Positions 51,001 through 63,699 are shown, numbered from the stretch's first letter. The stretch is DNA of 64,000 nt from Geosiphon pyriformis uo1 (GCA_016748015.1 JAAOMT010000577.1:547871-611870); one strand, 5' to 3'. Translations and numbers: made by a program. The notes: generated from the sequence alone by a model not told the origin.

Positions 51001-51833
51001 ACATTATTTGTAAACATAGATGCTCAATTGAATTTTTATCTGATCAAAGAACATATTTTGTGAACAATTTGATACAAAAAATTTGTGAACAATTCAATGT
51101 CAAAAGACTTCTATTATCATCTTATTACCTTCAAACAAATAGTCTTATAAAATGTTTCAACAAAACATTATGTGAATTTTTAGCCAAAGTCTTAACTGAT
51201 TTTGAGCAGAAATGAGATATTTTTATTCCATCAGTGTTACTAGTATACAGAACACTAAAACAAGATACTATAAAACATATACTATTTGATCTTACATATA
51301 AAAAAACAGCAATATTACCAATTAATTTCATAGTAAAAACATATTCAATGCAACCAATCAATAAAAAAAACTTTTAAAAAACACTTTAAAAAAAAACCTA
51401 TACTCTTTTTAGTACACTAAAAGAAAAAAGATGGATAGCAGCAACTCATATTAAACACTTTCAAGATTAACAAAAAGAAAGACATAACAACAAATTGCCA
51501 CCAGTTACCAACAAATTTAAAATTGGAAATAAAGTTTTTTTACATAAAACTAAGACTAAAAAACAATGGAATGGAAAATTTAAACATAAATAAGATAGAC
51601 CATTTTATATTCACAAAATTCTAGACAATAGATCATACAAGTTAAGACTTAATAACAAAGTACTAGTAAAAGTTGCACATGGAAATTAATTGAAATATTA
51701 CTATTTCAGAAACAATCTTGAATCATTAATTTCACAAATTAGTATATATTTTCTTTTAATTAATCCTAAAGATATTCTCCGAAATTTAGAACCAATAGTT
51801 ATAATAAAACAATAACCAAAGTTGAACACTTAA
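45018..51833 (+). pseudogene. A' gag-pol, continuation of 24809-25019
   Basis: DQFIAGLKNKLIKKV; CYYCGISGHWK*NC near 46235; LILDNELAGS (<DSGSAGS); decayed dUTPase at about 48135-48555 (IINAGYTKNI, QSFDSTR); YLNNTNV (<YLDD); SDQRTYF. Confidence 0.93.
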
Positions 51834-51989
51834 TTTAATATTTTTACAATAATTCTTTTAATAATACACAAAAACAGAAAACAAAAATAGTAAAATAACT
51901 ACAAGAAACACTCAAATTCAAAAACAAATAAAAACTTTATATCCAAAAAATAATTTTCTTTATTCTTTTTATTAGTTAGTTATTTTATT

Positions 51990-52695
51990 ATAATTATTCT
52001 CTGAAATATTTAACAAATATCTTAAAAATTAATATTAGCTTTAAAAACACTTCCTGATTTATTCATAACAATTAATGTAAGTCAAATTAACTACATTCAA
52101 AAAAAAACCACAGCTCCAGTAGTAAACAATTCTTAAAATTATCACCCCTATAAAAAAACACAAGAAGTTATACTAGAAATCAATTACCAGAACTTTTAAA
52201 GCAAGCTTTAAAAGAAAATTTTTTATTTGTCTCTATTGAAATTTTGCCAAATATCACAATTCAACAAAAACTTTTACTATTTTTCAATAAACAGAACAAT
52301 GAACATACTCTTATCTATAAATATTTTTATATTAAAAAAACACTTATGAACAAAAACTAGAACTTAAAGCAACAAACCTTACTCTTCAAGCTATACAAAA
52401 ACAAATTCACAATGAATTCAAAAAAACAGCTAGACCAATAAACACTTACTACAAATTTAGAACAGCTTTTAAATTCTATAATTTGTTTAATACTTGTAAA
52501 AACGTTCTACAAAATCTAATACTTCATCCAATAAAAATTCTGTATATTGGAAAGCTCACAGAACTGAAATTTCAACAATTTTCAGATCAGATCACTTCAA
52601 TTATTTTGGACTACTATTTCAATATTACAGATAGTGCTTGGACTTTGATGGAGCTCAGTCTTGAAAAGAAGATTATATTACCTGTAAAATTTTAG
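51990..52695 (+). pseudogene. A' ORF3
   Basis: KLILALKTLPDL...LFNTCKNVLQNLILHPIKILYIGKLTELKFQQFSDQITSIILDYY matches A ORF3. Confidence 0.88.
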
Positions 52696-53618
52696 TTATT
52701 AATTAACATGAAATTATCTTTATAATTTTTATTATTAATTAATATATATTATTATTATTTTTATTATTACTTATTATTTAATCAAATTATCAAATATTAT
52801 CATAAAAATTAAGATGATTAAATTATACAATATCCTGAACCATGTAACATAGTCAAAATTTGCTAAAATTAATGAAAATTGGTCGAAATATTCAATGGTT
52901 TAGTGAAATAACTTGTAGTTTGCCGAAATGTATCTTTATTTTACCAAAATTGTAGCAAAGAGAAAAGTACAAGTTTAAAAACTAGTACTATAACAAGTTG
53001 TATAAAAAAAAAGCTTCTCTCTTCAAAAAAAAGTATCTTTTCATATTTTACTATAGTAGCTTACTTTAAAATATTTTAATTAGAACAAATTATTTTTTAC
53101 ATATCTTAAATAAAAATTAAATATTTAAAAACTAAATTCCTTAATCATTACACTTGAAATTCTCTTAACACAACTAACATTTTAAAATTGATTAGCTACC
53201 AATTTCAATAATCTGTTAGTAATTCCAGGTCTGGATAAAAAACGTTTCCCTTGACAAAATTCTATTTTTTTTACATTTTTTTTATTTTTTATTTTTTTTC
53301 TTATTGTAATTATTAAGGTAGTCTACAGACAAGATTCTTGTAAAAGAATTGACTTTTACAGCAAAATAACTACACATTTTAGTGAGCTTCCAGATAAGCA
53401 ATTTTTGAGAAAGAGTTAACATTTATTACAATATAATTACATATAGTAATTGACATGGAATTGGCTATTTCACTTATAAACTCAGCAGTTTAAATTATAG
53501 GAGATAATTTGAAGATAAATTCAGTTATTAAAGGTTTAATTATTGCTAGAAAACGTGAATTCACAACAAACAGACATTAACAACATTTAAGAAAAGAGAC
53601 CAAAAACCTTTAGTAATA
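52676..53618 (+). repeat. A' 3' LTR (943 bp)
   Basis: Direct repeat of 23818-24763, with two reciprocal indels of about 25 bp. Confidence 0.92.
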
Positions 53619-56600
53619 ACACAAACAATTATTTGCCTTAATCTAATATTCTAATATAATATGGGTGTAAAATGACAATTGTCAATACAAAATTTTCCAA
53701 AAGTATAAATTTTTATATTTTGTTTAAAGTTAAGTGTTATTAATTCTAGTATTTCAAGCAAAACATATACTAAAATAATTAAAGTAAAGTGATTTAGCAT
53801 TTAAATTAAACATAATTTAATTTTAAAAAATATTTTAAGCTTTTTACTACCATTCAAATTATGTTCAACTGTAATAATATGTTAAAGAGCTTTATTTTAA
53901 AGTTGAAAATCATAAAATTCTTGAAGTTTTGGTTTTATAATCTTAAAACATCTTTGAAATTTATATTCAAATTTTTTTTATATATTTGATAAAGAACTAA
54001 GATATTTTTTTTATTTTTCCAATATTTCTGATTTCTTAATAATTTTTTTTTATAGTTATAAATATTATGTTACCAATAATATAAAATCTTGCTATAATAA
54101 AATCAAAACTATTTTGTTATGACAAAATTATTTTGAAAATCATACCTGCTAATTTTCAAATAAAAATACCATAAATTTCCAGTCTAATAGCTTATACTTT
54201 ACTAAAACAATAAGCACTTGTAACAATTTTGGTGTATTAATAAAATTTTTTTTTGAAAAAAAGTGTTTTATATTTTTTTTGAATAAAAATTTCTGTTGAT
54301 TTTTGTGATGTTATTTTTTTTGACAAAAAAATTTTCTTTAATTTTTAAAATAGGTCATGATAAAATCTTTACTTATTGAGTTATAAGATTTTTATGAACA
54401 TTATTTTCTGTTAAAACAAGTCTTAAATAAGCTAATGCTTTAAGATTGCCAAAATGTTGAGAGAATTTCTATAGTGTTATTACTTAGATAAACTTTAATA
54501 CAAAAAGAAAAGCAATAAAGTATAGCTAAAATATACAACTTCTTTTTAATATAAAGTACTGACTTTTGGTGTATTTTTACAACTAAAATCATGTAAATAA
54601 TAATTTTGGTATGAGTTCGAAATATTTCCAACAAGTATATTCAAATCTTGTAAAATTTTAACATAGAATTTATTTAAAAGCAATCATGTAATAAGATTAA
54701 TAATTGATTAATTAATTTAATTCAATTAATTATTAATATTGCAGAAAATTTTTTTTTGTAATTTAGTTGTTTATTTATCTATTTTTCTCTTAATATAACT
54801 ATAAAAAAGAAAGAATATTTTTGAAACTTAAAATAAAAAAAAAATATGCCAAAAAATAAATAATATTAAAAATGATATTGTTTTATTAATACTAAAAAAA
54901 TTATTTTATTGTATTATCAATTCTTGGAAAGTAAGCTTGCTTAATATGAATTGTATTAGAATTTGGCTTTAAAAAATATTTTTTAAAAACTGATTAACAA
55001 AATTATAAATGTTTTAAATAATATATATGAACTTGAAAATTTTAATTTTAATTTTTAAAGAGTTATATCAGTTTTATTTGATAGCTTATTAAATATATAG
55101 CATTTATAAAATGATTAATATTTATATTTAAAGTATATAAATACAATTTTAACTGTTTACAAAGTTTTTATAAGAGATTAAATGCTATTAAAATTCTAAA
55201 AAATGTTTTTATAACAAATATTAGAATAAAAATATAGTTATTAGTTATATTTACTTAAAATCTTAAGTTATTTAATAAATACTTTTAATAAAAAAACATA
55301 GCATAATACAGATTGATAATTTTAAATTAATGCTAAAAAAACAGTAAATTTAAATACTTTTGAACCTAATTTCTTTCAATATTAAAAATTCAATTTAACA
55401 ATTTAGAGTAATTTTTAACTTAAAATTAGCCAAAAAATAAGACAAAAAACAAATAAATAATATATAAAGTGTTTTTTGGTTTTTTATAAATCATATTTGA
55501 TATGTTTTAATATATATTTTCTTGCCAAAATATCAATTATATTTTTATTTTTCTAAAATATATCAATCATTATTTTTAAAAATTATAAAAAATTCTGATC
55601 TTGTTTTTTATTTTAATATTTAACTGCTAATAATTTAAATACAAATTTAATATATAATACTAATTAACAAGAACTAATTTAATTTTTTCCTAAATTATTT
55701 GAAAATTTTTTTTAGAAATACCAGCTAAATTGATACTCTTTTTATTAGTTTTTTTCTTTTTTTTAGCATTAAATAATCAATAGAATTAAGAAATAGCTGA
55801 TCAAAAATAGTTATACTGTTATTGATAAAAAGAAAAATTTTTATAAAAAATAGTTGTCAAGTAGATAAAGTGAAAAAAAAATTCATAAAAAAATTTATAC
55901 AACTTGGATTGGCTATTAAAAAGAATTTTTCAATAGATTTAAATTATTTGTTAATCAAAATTCAAATTTGTCTTTCACTTTGTCAAAACATGAACTTAGT
56001 AAGAATATGTCAAAAATTATTAATTATTTCTTATTAGTAGTAAAACTTTTCTTTTTGTAGTATAGTCACAATAATATTTGTAATTTAATTATTGGGATGC
56101 TATAATTTTGGTGTTTTTACATATTATTAATTATATATTGACAATGAAAAATTTGCAAATTTTATTCGACTTTAATTAACTTTGGTCAATTTATAATATT
56201 CTATGTTATGTTTGTTAAAAACACTATAATAGACTGACTTCTTATTCTGAATACTAAAAGACTTATATTAATACAAGATTTGTCTTTTTATGTTTATTAC
56301 AAAAGTGAATTTTTGAATATAAATTAAAAGATGAATTAGAAATAGAATTTAAAAAGCTTTTTCAAAATAAACTATTTTAGATACCATTTAATAATTTTGA
56401 GATCTTTTTATATTAATTGAAATTTATTATTTGCTTTTTTAGAGCTATATAGCAACTGGTTAAGACTATAAGAGTTTTATAATCTATGTTAAATTTAAAT
56501 CTTTAAAAAATTTAATGCTGGTTCAAATTTCAAATTATTTATATTAGAATTAATTTTAATTTTTACTAAATATATATACATGTAATATTAATATTGCTCT

Positions 56601-57975
56601 AATTAACTAAAGTTAATAGATATAAAATATTATTTTTTTTCCAAAAATATGTGTATATATCTAAAATAAAAATAACCCAAACTGCTATGGATTAACTTTA
56701 TAGAATTTATATAAGTATTTGATATAGAAGTTTTTATAAATTAAAGTAAAAAATTAGTAAATAATAAGTAATAAAAATTTTTTATTTTGTAAAAACAAAT
56801 TATAACAAACTAAAACATTTTATAATAAACAATAAATCTTATTTAATTTAATCTCTTAATATATGATCCTTAAAAATTAATGAAATTATTTAAAGAGTAT
56901 TATAAATCACAAAAAAATAATTTATAATAGAGTGTTTGGATAAAAATTTTATAATTACCAAAAAACTAGCTTTTATTGTGATCAAATTTCTATTATTAGT
57001 AATTTTAAAAATTAGTTTGTTTTGCTTTTCTAACCAAATATTAATTAAATTATTTATATTTTTTTTGAGTTTTGTAATATAAGTTTTGAATAAGTTTTTT
57101 GCTTGTTATACAATCCAAAATTTGTAAAAAATTTAAAAAAAAAATAAATATCAAATTTTATATAAAAAAAAATTTTTGTAAAGTAAAGTAATTTAATTAT
57201 TAACATAAAAAATTTTCAAAATAAAATATACTTTCTATATATTATAAATTTAATGATATTTTTAATTATGAATTATTAATAAAACTTTTTTTAATATTTT
57301 TTTTCAGAAAAAAATTAACATAACCTGTTTTTTTTAATCTTTAAAGTTGTTTAAACAAGTTTTAACAAAAATAATTAACTTTATGTTTTTTTTATAATTT
57401 ATATTTTGTATAATTGATTAATTAAAATTAAAATTTTTAATACATTTTAAATATTATTATTTATAGTAATAATAAATATTAATAGATTAAAATAATAATG
57501 TTATTTTTATCTTAAAATTAGTTTATTATAAGAAACAAATAAACAAAATTTTTAATTATTTAATTTTATAAAATTATAAACATAATTTAATAGAATTATT
57601 ATTATATTAAAATAATTTTAAAAATTGGTTTTAAGTAAATTTTTTTTATGCAAATAAAAATATATTTAAAAACAATCAAAAAAATAAGTAATTAAAAATT
57701 TTCTAAAAAAATTTTATAATATTAAATATTATTTTATAAATAGAAATGTTATTAAAAAAATATTTAATTTTTATTAATAAAAATTTTTTTTAAGATAAAT
57801 TAAAAAAATAAATATATTGAAGACAAATTTTAATTAAATCTAATTTAATTTTTAAAATAATAATAATCATAAAATTATTATTATCATAATAGACATATAA
57901 TAATATAAATAGTTAAAATTTTAATTTCCTTAAATATTATAAATTCAAGTTTATAATAAAAATTTTTAATAAAAA

Positions 57976-60230
57976 TTTTTTTTTTATTAACATTTAACAA
58001 GTAAGACCCAAATGTTATTTAGCACAATATATTAAACTAAGTAATCTAAACTAAGTTCAAATTATGCATTTTCTATATATAACCAATCATTTGGACTAAT
58101 TAAAACAATACTATAAAATTATCTTAACAAATACTGTATATTAATACCAAAAAAAACTACAAAGCTTGTAAAAACCAAAATTAATAATATGTGTTTTCAC
58201 AATACTAAGTAATCTAACAACATTATAAGAAAGTAGTAATAAAAACCCATGGGTCTTTAGAAGTACTAAATTATTATCCATAATTAAATTTTTTTTTCTA
58301 TAATCACTTTAAACTTAGTTTTTACTATCTATACTTCTATTTAATAAGTTATTCTTAAGTTCCTTATCAGATAATAATTAACTTGCCAGCAATCTTAATA
58401 CAGCCAAAAATAAATAAAACTTCCAAATACCAATTCTTAAAAACAAAACTTTTGCATAAAACTGTATATATTTTAATATCAAAAGCACATATAAAAAGTA
58501 TCTATATAATACAAAACAATAATAGACTTATTTCTAACATGAAGGTCTACCAAATCAAATGTAAATTAAGCAAGTCCTTATAAACAGCAAAATTTATTAT
58601 ATATGTAAATAAGTAATTAGAAAGTTTTACTTTTACATAATAAAGACATAATACATTAAAGTAAGCTTTATTATATAAGTATTTTTTAATAGTGATTGGC
58701 AAATAATAATATAAAATTTTCATAAAATACATATACAAATTAGCAGTAAATTTACTTATAAAACCAAATGTTATATGTAAATCAAGATGCAAAATCAATA
58801 AAATTCAATCCCAATTTACATTTCAAATCATATTTGTACTAATAATATTAGACTCAGATCTAACCTTCCAGCAAGTTTAATAAATAACCCAAAAATACTG
58901 CAAGTAAAATAACAAATATTTTTAAACACTTCTACCCTACCAGCCTTAATATAATTCTTCCTAATAAGAACAGGAAGTATCAAATTTAAACATGAAGCTA
59001 AGTTGGTCAGCTTATTAGCACACTAATTACCAGAGACACTAAATGATCTTTGATTTTAAACCAAGATACATTAAGCCTCTTATTTTTAATATAGTTCACT
59101 ATACTATGTTTTTCCATCCAATATTGATTGTGAAAATTTGGTAAAGCCAATCTTAATTTAGCAATACAAGCATCTAAAACAGTTTAACTATCTAAATATA
59201 TCACAATACTACTATTAACTAGGACATATTTCAAAGCTAAAGCAATAGTCTATAATTCAAACATCATAAAAAAAACTAAATTACCAACTTCCACACCAAT
59301 ATTCAGATTTAAATTAGCAAAAATATAGCCATACTACATCTCATTTTACATGTTTCCAAGTTTTTAAACAATCTATCTGTGTAAACATTAATAACATTTA
59401 AATTGGCATTAGAAAAACACTATCACACTATAAAAAAACTACCAGAACTGAAAATACTTAAAAGCTAAAAGCTGTTAGTAAAAGACTGTATAACAAAATC
59501 ATAGAGAAAATTGATCAGATATTTGTATATCAATTTGAACCATACAGAGATTAGGCATCTAAGATCAAGTCTTTTCTAGCAATAAAAGCTAAACCTTTTA
59601 AGTAATTTAAAAACATTATAGAATACTAAATTTTCTAATATAAAAGACATTGGAATGCCTTCTGAGAACTGAAATGCAGAAAAAAAAAATTGTTGTTAAA
59701 AAATATATTATAATTCAAGAAAATTTTTACTGTACTAGCCAAGAAGTTATTGATCAGACTAATTCTTAACCTAAAAAAAATCTGCAAAAAATGCATTAAA
59801 GACCAACTTAAGACCTGCAAATCCAGGGACCTATGGCTAAACAAATGACTAAAAATTCTACTAGCATTTGAAAAACAAAGCACTAAAGCTAACTTATTTT
59901 CTACTTGTATTTGCTTGAAAAATTTCAGACTATACAAAGATAAATAGTAAAGAGATTTATTGGAAAAGTCTCTGAACAGACCAGTCTTTATTTTCAAACT
60001 TTTTCTAATTAATGTATTCTATTTATTACATATACTCTTAGAGACAAAGCTAAATTGGGTTCTGTAATTAATAATAAGATATAGTATTGTCAAAACCAAA
60101 TAAAAAAACTATTTATCTAAAATAGCCTTTCTCAAAATCATATTAGCAAAAAACCTAATATTTAAATGAGCTTTTATTAAGCTAAGTTTGAACAAACTCT
60201 TAAAAAACAAAAAAATACCAAGATATAATA
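57976..60230 (-). mobile_element. LINE-e: 3' fragment (post-RT region, RNase H, zinc finger, 3' UTR, poly-A)
   Basis: T-run at 57976-57985; family 3' UTR; ORF-track 58547..58798 and 59635..59997 align with LINE-d ORF2; VYTD near 59380; YLGIF near 60220. Confidence 0.85.
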
Positions 60231-60244
60231 TAATATAAATTAAT

Positions 60245-60865
60245 ATTTAAAAAATAATGTGTTTTTTAGTTAATAAAAGATTAAAAAAATTGATAGTATT
60301 TTTACCAAAAAATTTTTAAAAGTTTTATAAATTAAAAATTTTAGTATTTAAAATTATTAAATTTTACAAATAAAGCTCAATAATAAGTTAATTTTTTAAT
60401 AAGTTGTTAAATGTTTTTAAACAATAATAAAACTTTAAATATTTAAGTTTTATTAAATTTTTGTATTAGTTTTATTTAAATAAAAAAAAGTTGATATTAA
60501 ACAATATTTTTAAATTATAAAGTTATTAGTATTAGTTTTTAATTTATGTTAATAATTATATTTTTTAATATTATATATATTATTATATATAATAAAATTT
60601 TATATGTAATTAAAATTTTATTTAATAAAAAAGTTATAAATTTATTTAATATTATTAATGACTTATAAAAGCATTTTAATTATTCTGTTTTAAACATGTT
60701 TCTAAATCTGTTAAATTTTTATTTGATTTATGAATTTGTTTTTTAATTTTAAAAAAAGCTTAAATATTTATAATTTTTATGTTACATAAATGAAAAAAAG
60801 TTTTAATTAATATTAGACTTATTGTTTTGATTAAAACTGTTTAAAAAAATTTTATGAATATTTAA
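60245..60865 (+). mobile_element. LINE-f: very decayed ORF2 fragment (linker to RT start), ending at the relic telomere
   Basis: 60250-60360 aligns with LINE-d 16660-16790; attaatgacttataaaagcat = (T)NDLWKH; aatattagacttattgttttgattaaaactgtttaaaaaaatt = NTRPIALIETARKI after reversing transitions. Confidence 0.7.
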
Positions 60866-60890
60866 GTAAAAATAAAATTATGAATAAAAA

Positions 60891-61260
60891 TTAAAAATAA
60901 GGTTAAAAATAAAAATATAAATAAAAATAAAAATAAAAATAAAAAGTAAAATAAAAATAAAAATAAAAATAAAAATAAAAATAAAAATAGAAATAAAGAT
61001 AAGAATTAAAATAAAAATAAAAATAAAGATAAAAATAAGAATAAAATTAAAGATAGCAATAAGATTAAAGATAAAAATAGAAAAAAAAATAAGGTTAAAG
61101 ATAAGAATAAAAATAGGAATACAGATAAAAATTAGGATAAAAATAGAGATAGTAAAAATAAAAATAAAAATAATTATTGAGATAAGAATAGGAATACAGA
61201 TAAGAATTAGAATAAAAATAAAAATAAGAATAGAAATAAGAATAAAAATAATAATTAAAG
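60891..61260 (+). repeat. Hexamer array (ATAAAA with G variants): decayed ATAGGG/TTAGGG telomeric tract
   Basis: 44 in-phase hexamers from 60891 to 61154, then a phase shift and more units; G occurs almost only at unit positions 4-6. Confidence 0.8.
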
Positions 61261-61396
61261 ATTTCTGTTAATTTTTTGCATGTTTAATTTATAGAGAAAA
61301 ATAATTTTTAGTGATAAAAAATGGAATAAAGTTAGAAATGTAATACAAAAAAATTTTATTATTAGTATAATAATATTATCAAATTTAATTCATACT

Positions 61397-61418
61397 TATA
61401 TATATATATATATATATA
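61397..61418. repeat. (TA)11 microsatellite
   Basis: Direct read. Confidence 0.9.
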
Positions 61419-61435
61419 TTATGTATAATAAAAGA

Positions 61436-61685
61436 TTTATTGGTATTAGTGTTTATAATTTTTCTAATTTATTAATATATTTTACTAATAAAACTGTTAA
61501 AAAATTTGTTATTAGTTCTGTTTTAGTTTTTAAAAGTGTGAATTTGCATTAGATATATTACAGATAGTAAAAATATGAATAATTATAATAAAAAGTTTGT
61601 TATTTCTTATAATTGAATTTAATTGGTTAATATATATAAGAGAAAGCAGATTCTAATTTTCTATTTGATTTTATTTAGTAACAAA
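61436..61685 (+). mobile_element. Small, multiply deleted LINE ORF1 fragment
   Basis: attagttctgttttagtttttaaaagtgtgaatttgcattag and ttggttaatatatataagagaaagcaga match LINE-b at about 3043-3084 and 3211-3239. Confidence 0.7.
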
Positions 61686-62591
61686 TTTTTAATGTTTTTA
61701 TTTGAATACTTTATTTATTAATTTTTGAAATATAAATAAAATATTTATTAATTTAAAGAATATTACTTTTAAGTTTTATATTTTATAATAAATATAAAAT
61801 TTTTTCTACAGATAAAATTTATTTCTACTTATCATAAAATATATTAAGTTTTTAAATTAATTAAAAGCATTATTAATCTTAAAAAAATACATATTTTGTT
61901 TAATAATTATATTTAATTATTAATAATTTTTACAAAATTATAGAAATTTACTTTTCTTAAATATTATTACAATAAAAAATACTTATTTGTTTTTTAGTTT
62001 TTTATATAAATCCAAGTTTTTCTATTCAGCTTATTTTTTTTTGATAAATTTATCATTTTGTTAATTTGATTAATAGAATTTTAAATAAATTTGTTAGATA
62101 TTTTTGGTTTTGATTATATATTAAATAAGATTTATTTGGTTAAAACATAATATTTTTGTTAATATTATTGCTTTATTTCTTGTTAATAGGTTTTTAATAT
62201 TAATTTTTTGGTTATTTTTACTGAGTTTTTTTTTGTTTAATTATCATAATTTAAATTTTAAATAGTTTTTTTTAAATAATTTTTGTAATACTTTAATTTT
62301 TTTATTAAAAATCAAACTAATCAGTTTCAAATTCTTAAAAAAAAATAAACAAAACTTATATTTATTACTTAAAAAATGAAAAATTAATAATACTAGTATT
62401 AAATATATAAATTATATTATTAATAATTTTATTTTGTTTTTTTTTTTAAGTTGTTTAAATATTCTTTTGAACATATTGTAATATAATTATTAAATATATT
62501 TTTATTAATAATTAATTTTTTATAGTTAGTTTACATATTGTCTAAAGAATTACTATTATTATTAAAAATAATAAATGCTAATTTGGTTTTT

Positions 62592-62771
62592 TTATTTTTT
62601 TTGTTTAGGGATTTGGGGAAATGACATATCATTAAGACCGGAAGAACCGATTTTGAGCACAAGCTGGTCAGCAAGCTTTTGAACAATGGCCGACTCCCGT
62701 GTTCCCACGGAAGGGACGTCCACGTCCATGTTGTCAGAAGCAATGGTAGTGTGAGAGATAGATGTAGACAT
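62592..62771 (-). pseudogene. Preserved 5' end (59 codons) of an unidentified gene or element ORF, transcribed away from the telomere; body probably erased by mutation
   Basis: caaacATGtct start context; MSTSISHTTIASDNMDVDVPSVGTRESAIVQKLADQLVLKIGSSGLNDMSFPQIPKQKK*; the stop coincides with the GC-to-AT transition. Confidence 0.5.
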
Positions 62772-63699
62772 GTTTGAAAAGTTAGGGTTTAGAGAAGCAA
62801 GTAAGATATGAAGTGCTCAAGTAAAGCAAACGGTCGTCTGCGCAGAAAATCGTTTTTAAAGGGTGTTAGCCTAAGATCGTTTTTCGACGCACTACAACCA
62901 CTCTACAAGCGACGTATATATACTTGCAAAATCAAACATGTAACGTGTGAAAAAATCACAAAAAACGAAGTTAAACACGGAAAAAAGACCGAAACACCGA
63001 AATCACAAAACCCCGTACAAAATAACAAATGCGCATGCATTAATTAAAAAGAAGGGCCAAATTCCGAAGAATTTAACCGTGGTATAACCATCCAAAACGG
63101 AGTGTTCCATAAACAGGAAACACAAAAAACGTAAACCCAATAAAATCGATTTTAGCAAACACATGTTGCTTTTATCGAAAATTCCATGGAACATCGTAAT
63201 ACAACGTGTGAAAACGATAGGTCCAAAAGAAAGGGGAAGGTCTGACGAGCAAAACGAGCTACAGATCATCCCCAACGACCACAAACTGGTGCCAGTACAC
63301 AAGGAATAACAAAATTCCTTGGAGAAAGTAAAGGCCCGAAGCGAGTGGTACCAATTTGAAATTGATAGCCCACGGGTGATGTAACAGCCGAGTCACGCAA
63401 AAAAGACGTGATCAAAAACACGGCGGAAGACAGACTGTAGATCTGTACAAATCAGGCAGGAAAACACGAACCAGCTGGAAGGTTCCAGCAAAAACATGAT
63501 TACAAGCCATCGCCACATCGCCACTACCGAAAACAGGCAGGATGGGCAAGTCTAACCAAATTAGGAAAGGATAGCCCAAAACCGCCAGAAAGTTCCCTCA
63601 AAAAATGACTCAAGTCATAGACTTGGGGGAGACTAGCCAAAAAAGGCTAGTCAGGTGCTTATCTTTCCCGATCAGGTAAAGATCAGAGAACAATGACAC
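62600..63699. other. CpG-rich telomere-adjacent sequence
   Basis: Abrupt rise in GC and dozens of CpGs, against almost none in the preceding kilobases. Confidence 0.9.
62772..62925 (-). promoter_or_regulatory. Candidate promoter/5' UTR: TATATATA (62915-62922) and telo-box AAACCCTAA (62782-62790)
   Basis: Motifs read directly upstream of the 62771 ATG; function is inferred. Confidence 0.4.

Larger units (their letters stand above)
23818..53618 (+). mobile_element. Gypsy A': complete but decayed element (about 9.8 kb without inserts), interrupted at 25020-45017 by B and A
   Basis: LTRs at 23818-24763 and 52676-53618, PBS at 24766, PPT gaaaagaagatta at 52663-52675; gag reads ...LVHYS|QLKTEDLNSKTLATYF across the insertion; domain order PR-dUTPase-RT-RH-IN. 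Confidence 0.93.

Noticed and set aside
26935-51833. Alternative genetic code or programmed readthrough explaining the in-frame stops
   Set aside because: Stops fall at different positions in A and A', derive from CAA/CGA/TGG by transitions, and are accompanied by missense decay of catalytic motifs.
62808-63302. ORFs 62808..63047 and 63003..63302 as genes
   Set aside because: Short, no recognisable motifs, and expected by chance in the higher-GC island.
62600-63699. Telomerase RNA gene using AACCCUAAC (62781-62789) as template
   Set aside because: Only a 9-nt match; no pseudoknot or CR4/5-like structure could be supported by eye, and the position before an ATG fits a promoter box better.
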